Source of the DNA: Patescibacteria group bacterium
GTDB taxonomy: Bacteria; Patescibacteriota; Microgenomatia; Levybacterales; UBA12049
DNA: 64,000 nucleotides
Assembly: GCA_023484045.1 (NCBI GenBank)
Contig: JAMDAA010000015.1
Coordinates: 8,659-72,658, forward strand
Reading direction: 5' to 3'
Shown in pieces: positions 47,839-59,340 of the stretch; positions within the stretch are counted from its first letter, which is position 1, and the number at the start of each line of letters is the position of its first letter. The position numbers and the translations under genes were made by a program. The notes under the pieces are model-generated. The model made no database searches, was not told the DNA's origin, and saw only the letters and a program-made list of their open reading frames with translations.

Positions 47839-48549
47839 ATGGAAAAATCAAATCTCAAAACTCAAAGATCAAAAATAAACAATATAATTAAAGTAGAAAA
47901 TCTTAAAAAAATTTATCCCGGTAGAGTTCCAACACCAGCGTTAAAAGGTGTCTCTTTTGACGTGAAAGCGGGAGAATTTATCGCGATTATGGGGCGAAGT
48001 GGCTCTGGTAAATCAACCCTTCTTCACCAACTGGGGTTAATCGATACACCAACCGAAGGGCAAATTCTTATTAATGACACTGATGTTTTAAAACTTTCTG
48101 ATTCAGGAAAAACTTTATATCGTCTGCAAAACTTAGGCTATGTATTTCAGGAATACGCGTTAATCGCAGAACTAACAGCTTTAGAAAATGTGTATTTACC
48201 GGCATTTGCTTTGGGTGGAAACAATGATGGCTATAAAAAACGGGCCCAAGAAATGTTGGAAATTGTCGGCTTAGGCGAGCGGGTAGACCATTATCCCAAT
48301 GAACTCTCGGGCGGTGAACAACAAAGAGTCGCTATTGCCAGAGCGCTTATTAACAAACCCAAAATACTTTTTGCCGACGAGCCCTGTGCAAATCTTGACA
48401 GCGTTTCCTCAAAAGTCGTTTTAGAGTTATTCAAAAAACTGAATAAGGAGTTAGGACAAACTATTGTCATGGTCACACACGAACCGGAAGATGAGAAGTT
48501 TGTCGACAGAGTAATCTGGATGAGAGATGGGCTTTCGGAGTCCCCGTAA
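47839..48549 (+). CDS. ABC transporter ATP-binding protein (LolD/MacB type)
   Basis: GRSGSGKST, LSGGEQQRVAIARAL, ADEP, VTHE. Confidence 0.95.
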   Translation: MEKSNLKTQRSKINNIIKVENLKKIYPGRVPTPALKGVSFDVKAGEFIAIMGRSGSGKSTLLHQLGLIDTPTEGQILINDTDVLKLSDSGKTLYRLQNLGYVFQEYALIAELTALENVYLPAFALGGNNDGYKKRAQEMLEIVGLGERVDHYPNELSGGEQQRVAIARALINKPKILFADEPCANLDSVSSKVVLELFKKLNKELGQTIVMVTHEPEDEKFVDRVIWMRDGLSESP

Positions 48550-48562
48550 TTACTACAGGGTA

Positions 48563-48618
48563 TTGACAATAAAAAAACTTTGTTGTATAAATTAGCAGTC
48601 ACTTTTAACAAGTGATAT
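48563..48618 (+). promoter_or_regulatory. groESL promoter with degenerate CIRCE
   Basis: TTGACA, 17 bp, TATAAA; TTAGCAGTC-N9-AAGTGATAT at 48592-48618. Confidence 0.7.
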
Positions 48619-48647
48619 TTTATTAAGACAGGAGTTTATTTATATAT

Positions 48648-48986
48648 ATGAAAAAAACCAAATCAAAAGCTTCAGGGCAATCTCACTTAACTCATGATCT
48701 ATTTAAAATAAAGCCTCTTTTTGACAACGTATTGGTAAAACCTTTGGAAGCCGAAGAAAAAACCGCGAGCGGAATTCTTCTTCCGGATACCGTAAAAGAA
48801 AAACCCCAAACAGGACTTGTTATGGCAATTGGTTCGGGCGCGACAAATGATGAAGGAAAATTTATTCCAATGGTCGTTAGGCCAGGACAAAAAGTTATGT
48901 ATAAAAAATGGGGCGGAAATGAAGTAAAGGTAAAAGGCGAAGAATGGATGCTCGTTGAACAAAAAGATATACTCGCAATTGTAGAA

Positions 48987-48989
<3 letters not shown>
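48648..48989 (+). CDS. groES: Co-chaperonin GroES
   Basis: PL.D.VLV, KTASGILLPD..KEKP, V...K.GG.EV. Confidence 0.96.
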
Positions 48990-50717
<1,728 letters not shown>

Positions 50718-50720
50718 AAA

Positions 50721-50748
50721 AGATCAAAAATCAAACCTCAAAAATCAA
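50721..50748 (+). repeat. NNNTCAA heptamer tract after groEL
   Basis: AGATCAA AAATCAA ACCTCAA AAATCAA. Confidence 0.7.
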
Positions 50749-50758
50749 AACTGATAAG

Positions 50759-50780
50759 AATCGCCGAAAGGCATTTTTTT
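50759..50780 (+). terminator. Probable intrinsic terminator of groESL
   Basis: AAT-C-GCC GAAA GGC-ATT followed by a T run. Confidence 0.5.
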
Positions 50781-51017
50781 GACAACTTGTTTTTTTTGCT
50801 CGAAACACACTTTTTGTTTTCGCTCAGAATGTGATTTTTCTTGTCACCCACCTTTTGTCTGTTAATATCATTTGGTACCCAATAATTCATTACTTTGTAT
50901 TTTATAATATCAGCTATTTTATCATTCGTTCCTTCGAAAAATCACATTCCTCGCTCATCTATGTTAAAAATAAATACTTCAATAAACGTATTTTTTATGT
51001 TATATTAATTTCACTTT

Positions 51018-51851
51018 ATGCTAAAAAAACTTCTTCTCTATTTAACCCCTCTGGTACTTGCTTCGATTATTTTGGTAATTTTTATTTTTTACATAAATAA
51101 TAATTCAGGAAAGGGTGCTTTACAGGTAACTTCGGTTCCAAAAGCAGATGTTTATTTAAACGATAAATTAATCGGTCAAACGCCGCTTTGTAAATGTGAC
51201 CTATCCGATATGATTTCGGTCGGAGATTACACTGTCCGTCTTGTTCCGAAAGAAGACGGATTTTCTCCTTTTGAGGAAAAAATAAAAATAACAAAATCTA
51301 TTTTAACAGTTGTCGACAGAACTTTTGGAAAGGCGGGAAATTCCGAAGGAAGTGTTATATCGCTTGTCCCCCTTACCGATTCAAAAAAAACGGAGCTTAT
51401 GATTTTGTCTTTTCCGGACAACGCACGAGTTTTATTAGATAATAATTCCGTGGGTAATACGCCTCTTCTTTTAAAAGATATTACCGAATCGGATCACGAA
51501 ATAAGATTGGTAAAAGACGGTTACACTGAAAAAATGATTAAAATAAGGACAGTCGCCGGTTATAAACTCACGTTGCTCGGATTTTTGGGCGTAAACCTAA
51601 GTGAATTATCAGCACCGGTTGTTTTAACAATTACTCCTACTCCGATAGTAATCGTTTCAAAAATAAAAATTCTTCAGACGCAAACGGGATTTTTGAGGGT
51701 TCGGGAAACCGGTTCGCTAAATTCAGCAGAGATCGGAAAGGCCTATCCGGGAGAGGAATACGAAATTATAAAAGAAGAAAATGGTTGGTTTGAAATAAAG
51801 TTCAAAGACGTAACTGGCTGGGTTAATTCCCAATACGTCGCAAAGCAGTAG
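51018..51851 (+). CDS. PEGA-domain and SH3b-domain membrane-anchored protein
   Basis: L.VTS.P.A.VYL....IG.TP twice; L.VR, GW..I, GWV..QYV. Confidence 0.85.
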   Translation: MLKKLLLYLTPLVLASIILVIFIFYINNNSGKGALQVTSVPKADVYLNDKLIGQTPLCKCDLSDMISVGDYTVRLVPKEDGFSPFEEKIKITKSILTVVDRTFGKAGNSEGSVISLVPLTDSKKTELMILSFPDNARVLLDNNSVGNTPLLLKDITESDHEIRLVKDGYTEKMIKIRTVAGYKLTLLGFLGVNLSELSAPVVLTITPTPIVIVSKIKILQTQTGFLRVRETGSLNSAEIGKAYPGEEYEIIKEENGWFEIKFKDVTGWVNSQYVAKQ

Positions 51852-51854
51852 GGT

Positions 51855-52799
51855 TTACGACCCGATGGCATAGATAATGCCGATTACTAAGAAGAGCCAA
51901 ATTATAACGGTCGTTAAAAGCTGCTTATCTTCGATTAAAATTCTTTCGGGATTTTCGCCTTCTTGCTTTTCGTACATTACCTGCATATAACGCATAATTC
52001 CGTATACGACAGGAATAATAGTGATCATTAACCATTTCCTCTGAAAAAACGCAGGAAGAAAATCAGGTAAAAATAATCCAAAAGATATTTTAAACCCTTG
52101 CGGATTTTCCAAAAAAGTAAAAAGTGAATATGAGATAAAAGTCGAAGTCGCAAAAACCGAGAGATAAAGGTCCAAAAGTTTTTCTGAGTAATGGGAAAGC
52201 GCTTGTCGTGTTGAGTAGGCTTTTGATTCAAGATGTTGAGATATTAGTGCGAGTTCGGACCGTCTTTTGCCGACGGCGATAAAAAGCGAAATTGAAATCG
52301 TTGTTAATAAAAGCCATACAGAAATATGAAATCCAGAAGCGAACTCTCCTCCGTAAACTCTTAAAATATATCCTGCGGCAAGGGCTAAAATATCGATAAG
52401 CGCAATATTTTTCAAAAACATCGAGTAAGCGACCTGGAGAATCGCAAAAACGATAATCAAGATAAAAAACGCGGGTGTTACGTAATGACTTATTATAAGC
52501 GAAGCAACGCCTAAAATAACCGCGATTATAAGGCCTGTAGGAATCGAAATATCACCGTGGGCCAGGGGGCGGTATTTTTTAAAAGGGTGCAGTTTATCTT
52601 TTTTAATATCGAAAATATCGTTTATTATATATATCGCCGATGATAAAAAACAAAACGTAATAAAACCGAGTATTATTTTTTGAAGCACCAAAATTTCAAA
52701 AAGCTGTCCCGTGAACAGGATCGCCGGAAAGATCGCAAAGTTTTTAATCCATTGTCTCGGACGAAGAAGTCTTATTATGTTATATAATTTCTTTTTCAT
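51855..52799 (-). CDS. UbiA-family decaprenyl-phosphate phosphoribosyltransferase-like protein
   Basis: RP.QW.KN, Y..ND..D...D..HP.K..RP.A.G, YS..LK, KR..EL. Confidence 0.85.
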   Translation of the reverse strand: MKKKLYNIIRLLRPRQWIKNFAIFPAILFTGQLFEILVLQKIILGFITFCFLSSAIYIINDIFDIKKDKLHPFKKYRPLAHGDISIPTGLIIAVILGVASLIISHYVTPAFFILIIVFAILQVAYSMFLKNIALIDILALAAGYILRVYGGEFASGFHISVWLLLTTISISLFIAVGKRRSELALISQHLESKAYSTRQALSHYSEKLLDLYLSVFATSTFISYSLFTFLENPQGFKISFGLFLPDFLPAFFQRKWLMITIIPVVYGIMRYMQVMYEKQEGENPERILIEDKQLLTTVIIWLFLVIGIIYAIGS

Positions 52800-53868
52800 C
52801 TTTCTCCAAACTAAGATGTAAAAAAAGCAATAGTCCTCCGACGAGTACGATTAACATTAATATTGTAAAAATTTTCCCCTGGCTCGTTAAGCTCAGAGAA
52901 ATCGTTCCTAATATAGCAGAAATAACCCAGTAAAACAACGCGATCTGTCTTTGCCCAAAGCCTAAACTTAAAAGAATGTGATGAAGATGTTTATTATCGT
53001 GCCAGAAAGGTGATTTGCCGGAAAAAATTCTTCGAAGAATTGTGAATACCCCGTCGATCATCGGGATTCCCATAACAAGAATTGCCGTCGCGAGTTTTGC
53101 GCCGGATAGCATCGACGTTGCGGCCAAAAGTAGGTATAAAGAAGTAGCGCCATACCCAGGGAAAATTTTTGCAGGATAAAAATTAAAAATTAAAAAACCT
53201 AAACTAGCGCCTGCGATCGCAAAAGACAGGTTTGCCGAGATAAAGGTATCTTGTTCTGATATCGGAAAACGCAAACTTAAGATTCCGATCACGATCGCCG
53301 AGATTGCGACGATTCCGGGCATTTGTCCATCCACTCCTTTACTCCAATTTAACATGTTCATAACCCACGTGATCCAAAAAAGAGCGATTATATCGGCGAG
53401 CGATATCGTTAGACTCGCTCCTAAAAAAGACAGTGTCGTGTTTATCGAATCGAAATGAAGAATTCCGCCCGCAGGATTTGTTATAAAAGGTATGGTTATG
53501 CCGCTTGCGACTACCATCAGAGAAACAGCGATGTTTACAAAAAATCTTAAATATGGAGACAGATCAAATTTATCGTCTAAAACACCGATGACAAGCGCAA
53601 TAAAAGATGCAGAAAACAAAATTAACGTAGTTTGATTTAATGGGAGGAATATTATTCCGGCGACAAGAACTCCGAAAAAAAGCGGGATGCCACCGCCTCT
53701 TGGAATCGGTTTTTTATGAATAACGCCCGGATGTTTGTGTGTTTTTGGGTCGTCGACGATATTTAATTTTTTAAGAAAATAAATACAAATTGGCGTTATG
53801 AATACGGTTACGAAAAAAGCGACTAATAACGGTAGCACAAGAGAAAGATTATTACCGACGATTTGCAT
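52780..53868 (-). CDS. WecA/TagO-type polyprenyl-phosphate GlcNAc-1-P transferase (MraY superfamily)
   Basis: P..GG, G.LDD, N..N...G.DG, FNFYPAKIF, D..HLHH.L. Confidence 0.88.
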   Translation of the reverse strand: MQIVGNNLSLVLPLLVAFFVTVFITPICIYFLKKLNIVDDPKTHKHPGVIHKKPIPRGGGIPLFFGVLVAGIIFLPLNQTTLILFSASFIALVIGVLDDKFDLSPYLRFFVNIAVSLMVVASGITIPFITNPAGGILHFDSINTTLSFLGASLTISLADIIALFWITWVMNMLNWSKGVDGQMPGIVAISAIVIGILSLRFPISEQDTFISANLSFAIAGASLGFLIFNFYPAKIFPGYGATSLYLLLAATSMLSGAKLATAILVMGIPMIDGVFTILRRIFSGKSPFWHDNKHLHHILLSLGFGQRQIALFYWVISAILGTISLSLTSQGKIFTILMLIVLVGGLLLFLHLSLEKDEKEII

Positions 53869-53874
53869 AAATAA

Positions 53875-54228
53875 TTAAACTATGATTTGCACGGTTCTGA
53901 TAATAAAAAGAAAAACTAGAAAAGAAACTAAAAAACCGGTTGCAAAAATTAATCTTCCGATGAGCGGCATTTTTTGATAGATCGTATTCGAAAGCGTAAA
54001 ATTAATCCCCAAAAAAATAAACGCGATTGAGATCGGAATTAAAATCTCGAGTTTCGTTCCGAGTCTTTCCTCCCCCCAGGGCATTTGATTAAAAAGAGGT
54101 ATGAATGGCGGCATTTTTTGGTACGAAAAAAATATGATGGCGATGGTTAAAAAAATAAATAAAATCGTTCCAAAAAAAGATGCAAAAATAATTCTGTCGG
54201 CAAAAGCCTTTTTAAAAAAGTCGTTCAT
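53875..54228 (-). CDS. Hypothetical 3-TM membrane protein
   Basis: PP.IPLF...PWGE..L motif; inside operon. Confidence 0.6.
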   Translation of the reverse strand: MNDFFKKAFADRIIFASFFGTILFIFLTIAIIFFSYQKMPPFIPLFNQMPWGEERLGTKLEILIPISIAFIFLGINFTLSNTIYQKMPLIGRLIFATGFLVSFLVFLFIIRTVQIIV

Positions 54229-55669
54229 AAATAACACTATTTCCGATACTTATCCATTGTCTGTAACCGTTTAGTTCATATGGAACTGGATTGTTCGGGG
54301 AAGTGATAATGATAAATTTAGGATTTATTTTTTCTAGGTCCATTTTTGTTTCGTCAATATTATTACTTTTCATCGAAATATGATAGGCAACGATGAATTT
54401 TCCCGGCGGTAATTTATTTACGAGTTTATACACCTGCGCATTGTTTCCCCAGATGAAAAGATTATCTTTCCCGATCCTGTTTTTAATGAATTGAGCGAGT
54501 TCGTAATCGATTGGAGTTTGTTTATCAAAAAATTCCTGATAAGAGTAAACGCTTTCTTGATTAAGCACAAAAGATAAATAATTTTGGTAGTAGGCTATAT
54601 TTTTATCATATAATTTAAAGTTACTCAAAATTAAAATAATAACGGCGATAAATAAAACGGATATCAATTTCGAATATTTCTTGTCGAAAAAAATAAGCCC
54701 GATCATTAAAGAGAAACTTGGAAGAAGCATTAAAAGATAATGAGTATAAGGTCTTTGCGCAAAAAATGCGCTGAATGTCGAAAACAAAAACCACAATAAA
54801 ATAAATATTGTTGCGGGATTCATTTTATCTCTTTTTTTAAACAGAAAAAAAATAAAACCCGATAAAATTATAAGTTTTATAATTAACAATCCTTGCGGTA
54901 TTAATAGTTTGTTTCCGTATCCGATATAACCGACGTTTTGTATAAATACAGCAGTATAAAAATCCCAGAAAGCGCCTTTTATAAAGAAAAACAAAAAAGC
55001 GAAAATGATCGGGATAAAAAAACCGAGTAAAAATGGATAAACTTTTTTTATTAAGGCAGTTAAATGTTGTCTTTTATAGTTAATAAATATTAAAGAAAGC
55101 AAGAAAGCGGTAAATTCAAATACGGCAACAACTTTAAATAAAAATGCGACAGATAATAAAAGTCCGGAAGTAAAAAGAATCATTTTGGGTAACTTATGAA
55201 ATTCGCTTTGAGTTAATTTAAATAGTAAAAAAGCAGATAATATAATCGGAAGAAGCATAAAATTTTCTGCGTTTGCGATATTGCCTTCGATTATCGGCAA
55301 GCCAAAAAAAAGGGCAAAAAAAGAAGTGGAAACAAAAACAATCTTTTTATTTTCAAATAGCGTCTTTGCTAGATGGAAAAAGACGATTACAGATGAAAGA
55401 CCGACGATTAAAGATACAAATCTTAACATAAATTGGTCAGAAGAAAAAAATGAATAGAGTAGATACAAGAGAGGAGGTTTGTTGTCCCAAATATCTCTGT
55501 ATAACAGTCTATTGTTATTTATGCCCATTCCGACTACTTGATATATTCCTTCGTCGCCGTACCAATATGGTTCAAAAAGAGAAGGTAATCTTAAGAAAAA
55601 AAACACAAATAATATAGAAAGTAAAAACCAACAGTTTCGGCTTTTTTCGAGTCGTGCAAGTTTTTTCAT
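54212..55669 (-). CDS. GT-C fold glycosyltransferase
   Basis: WYGDEGIY, LYRDIWDNKPP, N.E.F, Y.HY. Confidence 0.8.
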   Translation of the reverse strand: MKKLARLEKSRNCWFLLSILFVFFFLRLPSLFEPYWYGDEGIYQVVGMGINNNRLLYRDIWDNKPPLLYLLYSFFSSDQFMLRFVSLIVGLSSVIVFFHLAKTLFENKKIVFVSTSFFALFFGLPIIEGNIANAENFMLLPIILSAFLLFKLTQSEFHKLPKMILFTSGLLLSVAFLFKVVAVFEFTAFLLSLIFINYKRQHLTALIKKVYPFLLGFFIPIIFAFLFFFIKGAFWDFYTAVFIQNVGYIGYGNKLLIPQGLLIIKLIILSGFIFFLFKKRDKMNPATIFILLWFLFSTFSAFFAQRPYTHYLLMLLPSFSLMIGLIFFDKKYSKLISVLFIAVIILILSNFKLYDKNIAYYQNYLSFVLNQESVYSYQEFFDKQTPIDYELAQFIKNRIGKDNLFIWGNNAQVYKLVNKLPPGKFIVAYHISMKSNNIDETKMDLEKINPKFIIITSPNNPVPYELNGYRQWISIGNSVIYERLF

Positions 55670-55679
55670 TCTCTATAAA

Positions 55680-57173
55680 TTATAGTTTCTCGGTGACTTT
55701 GTATTCAAGTCGCTTCCCAAACATGAGTTGCGTGTGAGATATTAAAGCCGGAAGAGCGGTCAGAAAAAATCCGACGATCGGTAAAAGTACAAATTCGAGC
55801 GGGAAAATAAACTGCCGCTTTATCGAAACAGAAGAATTTTTCGGCCGGCTTTTGTAATCAATAATGATCATCGCAAGGAGCGAAAAAAGACAGGATGTTA
55901 ATATGAAACCGGCGAGTCTTGGCAGGTTATAGCCGATCGCGGTTCTTGAGAAAACAGGATTGACTAAAGGAATAATATTGGCAGCGATTGTTACGATGAA
56001 CCAGTTAACCGGCCAAAGAATGTGATCGAGTAAAACATTGTAAAGAATTATGGTCTTTTTAAAAAATGGGACTCCCGGAACAGTTAACCACCATTTGATA
56101 AAAAGAGGATTGTCAGACGCGCCCCATGACCACCTGCGTTCTTGCTGATATTTATTTTTCAAACTTTTTATATAACTTGTAGAAAGCGCGGCATCCATAG
56201 ACGTTCTTAAAAATATCGGTACAACAGAAACATCTCCCTTTAACGCGTAAAACGCTTTAAAAAATATTCTGTAATCTTCGGGGATAACGTCGACGTCCCA
56301 AAAGCCAATATTTTTTAAAGTCAAAAATGATAAAGTGTACGTCGAATTTGTTATTAGTCTGTTACCTTGAAGTAAAACTCCTGTTCTCCAAAGACTTCCG
56401 AAAAACGAAACGATTCTAGTCGGCGCAGGAACTTTCCAGATATTGTTGTAATAAACTGTTGCCGATTGCCAAAAAAGATGGTGTCTATTTGGGTGAATTA
56501 AAAAGCTATGGGTTAAGTACGCAAAATATTGTCGGTCGAAAATTGAGTCCGCATCGACAGACGAAACCGTTGTGTAATTTATATCAATGATACCTCCTTC
56601 AACGAGTCTTTTGTACGCTTCTTTTCCGGCAAAAGCCTCATTAGATGATTTTCCTTTTATTTCTCCAAGAATATCGGGATGGTAGGCCGCGAATATGTCT
56701 CCGAAATTTTTCTTAAATTTGTTTATAAGATAATCAGCTTTTTCTTTAGCTTCTTTTTCTCTTTCTTCCATGCCTAAGACGATATAGATCTGTTTTGTGG
56801 GTAAGGTTTGATCTGCGATCGCTTTAATCGTGATTTCGAGTTTCGTTACGCTTTCTGTGTAATTTGGGATTACTATAATGTGGCTTACTTTATCAAATTT
56901 ATCCAATTGTTTAGCTTTTTTTAGCCAATCTTCTTTTTCTGCTTCTCTAATTTTTTTGGATGCGATATAGGCCGTGATCGTGAGAGAGAAAGACTTATAA
57001 AACCAATATACATCGAAAAAAACGATAAAATAGGCGATTATATAGGGCGCAAAAAGCGATCCCCATATAGGAGATAATATTAAAATCCAAACTATAAGTC
57101 CCGATAAAATTTCGATTGTGCGTATCGTCTTAATCGGATAACGGTCAAATATTTTTTTAAAAAAACCGGTCAT
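55680..57173 (-). CDS. Membrane GT2-family glycosyltransferase
   Basis: GKSSN, DAD, EDY, Q..RW motifs with flanking TM segments. Confidence 0.82.
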   Translation of the reverse strand: MTGFFKKIFDRYPIKTIRTIEILSGLIVWILILSPIWGSLFAPYIIAYFIVFFDVYWFYKSFSLTITAYIASKKIREAEKEDWLKKAKQLDKFDKVSHIIVIPNYTESVTKLEITIKAIADQTLPTKQIYIVLGMEEREKEAKEKADYLINKFKKNFGDIFAAYHPDILGEIKGKSSNEAFAGKEAYKRLVEGGIIDINYTTVSSVDADSIFDRQYFAYLTHSFLIHPNRHHLFWQSATVYYNNIWKVPAPTRIVSFFGSLWRTGVLLQGNRLITNSTYTLSFLTLKNIGFWDVDVIPEDYRIFFKAFYALKGDVSVVPIFLRTSMDAALSTSYIKSLKNKYQQERRWSWGASDNPLFIKWWLTVPGVPFFKKTIILYNVLLDHILWPVNWFIVTIAANIIPLVNPVFSRTAIGYNLPRLAGFILTSCLFSLLAMIIIDYKSRPKNSSVSIKRQFIFPLEFVLLPIVGFFLTALPALISHTQLMFGKRLEYKVTEKL

Positions 57174-57182
57174 ATTTTGATT

Positions 57183-57983
57183 TTAATCTTTTATAATAAA
57201 AAGAGTAAGAGTGTTTTTTATTGTTTGTTCTTTGACTTTTTCAAAGGGAATATTTTTAATTTTTGCGATCGATTCAGCCACTATTATAACATACTCTGGG
57301 CTATTTCTCGTACCCCGATGAGGTTCCGGAGTTAAAAAAGGGCTGTCTGTTTCTGTTAAAATCCGGTCGATCGGCGCGAACTTTGCAAGATCTTTAAGGC
57401 TAGTCGTTTCTCCTTTTGCTAAACCTTTGTAAGTTATGTTTCCATCGAATCCAATATAAAAGCCAAGATTAAGCACTTTCTTCAGGAATTCAATGTCTCC
57501 CGAAAAACAATGGAATACGCCCGGCGGATTTAAAAGATAAGATTTATGATTCAAGAGAATTTCTAAGATTTCTTTTCCTGCATGACGGTTATGGATTTGG
57601 AGCGGAAGTTCTAATTTATGCGCGATTTCGATTTGTTTTATAAATAAGGATTTCTGATTTTTTTGATCTGTAATTCCATTTGATTCATAATTAAAAAAAT
57701 CCAACCCGATTTCTCCGATCGCGACGACTTTTGGATGCTTTGCAAGTTCCTCAAGCTTATATATCCAATTCTTTTCGAGTTTGTCGGCATGATGAGGATG
57801 AATTCCGACGGTTGCGTAAAGCCCATCATATTTTTCAGCGATTTCAATAGCCTTTTTACTCGAATCAAGATCAGCTCCGACGTTAATAATTTTTGTAATC
57901 CCAGCTGCAAATGCCTTTTTAATCACTTCATCAACATCTTTTTCAAAAGCATGGAAATTCAAATGACAATGGGTATCGACCAT
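57183..57983 (-). CDS. tatD: TatD family nuclease
   Basis: DTHCH, GIHPH, GEIGLD, H.R, HCFSG, ETDSP. Confidence 0.95.
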   Translation of the reverse strand: MVDTHCHLNFHAFEKDVDEVIKKAFAAGITKIINVGADLDSSKKAIEIAEKYDGLYATVGIHPHHADKLEKNWIYKLEELAKHPKVVAIGEIGLDFFNYESNGITDQKNQKSLFIKQIEIAHKLELPLQIHNRHAGKEILEILLNHKSYLLNPPGVFHCFSGDIEFLKKVLNLGFYIGFDGNITYKGLAKGETTSLKDLAKFAPIDRILTETDSPFLTPEPHRGTRNSPEYVIIVAESIAKIKNIPFEKVKEQTIKNTLTLFIIKD

Positions 57984-58061
57984 AATATTTAAAGAAAAGA
58001 TTATTGTTTTTTCTTGACAGACGAGATATAATATCCTACTCTGTAAATATAGATAAATAAC

Positions 58062-58259
58062 ATGAAAAAAACAACTCTTGGGAAAAGGTATACGATCTCA
58101 AAAAGTAAAATTCCAATAGCATACCTTATTGATTACATAAAGGAGGGTTTATCGATCTCTGATTTTATTTCTTCCTATCCATGGTTAAAGAAAAAAGATG
58201 TTGAGGATGCATTAGATGAAATAAAAAAGAGAGAATTTACCTCTCGATATGCCATCTAA
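58062..58259 (+). CDS. DUF433 family putative antitoxin
   Basis: IP....D....G.S.......YP.L....V..AL; overlaps downstream PIN gene. Confidence 0.7.
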   Translation: MKKTTLGKRYTISKSKIPIAYLIDYIKEGLSISDFISSYPWLKKKDVEDALDEIKKREFTSRYAI

Positions 58260-58653
58260 AAAACCTCGTATTCAACTTTACGCTGACGAGTGTTTTCCTG
58301 TTCCCTCCGCAACTTATTTGAAATCGTTAGGTTATTCTGTGGTACATGCTTATGATAGAAACTATATCAAAAGAAGTGATTATTTCCACTTTTCAGTAAG
58401 TAAGAAATTAAACAGAACTCTTATAACTTTAGATCGCGACTTTATTAAATACGGAAAATTAAACGTGGAAAATTCTTTGGGAATTATTATTATTTCTACA
58501 GGAACTGCTACTTATTTGAGTGTTAATAAGGTTTGTAATAAATTATTAAAATTAATCAGCGAAGATTTTGTTAAAAATTCTTTAATCAAAGTGACTATAG
58601 ACAAGATAATTAAAATAAAGAATGGAAAAGTTGTAATGGAGAAAAAGCTGTAA
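58249..58653 (+). CDS. DUF5615 PIN-like putative toxin
   Basis: LYADEC.P, L...GY.V, SD, LITLDRDF, GIII. Confidence 0.8.
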   Translation: MPSKKPRIQLYADECFPVPSATYLKSLGYSVVHAYDRNYIKRSDYFHFSVSKKLNRTLITLDRDFIKYGKLNVENSLGIIIISTGTATYLSVNKVCNKLLKLISEDFVKNSLIKVTIDKIIKIKNGKVVMEKKL

Positions 58654-58699
58654 TTTAAATTAAACTTTTATCAACTTTTAGGTATAATTATTTACAATT

Positions 58700-59230
58700 A
58701 TGAAAATAGTGGTTGGGTCGAAAAATCCGACAAAAATACAAGCAGCAAAAGAAGCATTTTTGATGGTTTTTCCGAATAAAAAATGGGAAGTCGTTGGGAT
58801 TGATGTTGAATCTGGGGTCGTAAGCCAGCCGATGAGCGATGACGAAAGCATAAAAGGCGCCAGAAACAGGGCAAAAGCTGCGATAAAAAAAATTAAGGCA
58901 AATTATGGGGTTGGACTCGAAGGCGGATTACAAAAAATCGATGGAATGTGGTTTGATTGCGGATGGATCGTAATTATTGATAAAGAAGGAAACGAAGGGA
59001 TTGGGTCGACGATAAAAATGCACACGCCAAAGAAATTCATGAAACTTATAGATAAGGGCATAGAACTGGGTATTGTAAACGACATGATATTTAAGACAAA
59101 AAACTCAAAACACGCCGAAGGGCACTTCGGGCTAATGACGAATGGAGCGATTACTAGAACAAAAGGCTATAGAGACGGAGTTATTTCGGCCCTTAGCCGA
59201 TTCATCCATCCGGAATTATTTAAAAAATGA
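58700..59230 (+). CDS. yjjX: Inosine/xanthosine triphosphatase (DUF84)
   Basis: VGSKNP.K, SGV..QP, GA.NRA, GLEGG, ELG. Confidence 0.9.
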   Translation: MKIVVGSKNPTKIQAAKEAFLMVFPNKKWEVVGIDVESGVVSQPMSDDESIKGARNRAKAAIKKIKANYGVGLEGGLQKIDGMWFDCGWIVIIDKEGNEGIGSTIKMHTPKKFMKLIDKGIELGIVNDMIFKTKNSKHAEGHFGLMTNGAITRTKGYRDGVISALSRFIHPELFKK

Positions 59231-59340
59231 GAGTAGTTAAATAGAAAGGGTGTAAAGCTATAACACTTGAAGGGTGTGAAGTACATAAGAACCTATAGTT
59301 GCATTGGATAGGCAATTATGCCATAATCCTTTTTCTACTT

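Noticed and set aside
50831-51100. 89-aa ORF after groEL
   Set aside because: AT-rich, no recognisable motif, and it overlaps the PEGA gene out of frame; likely spurious.
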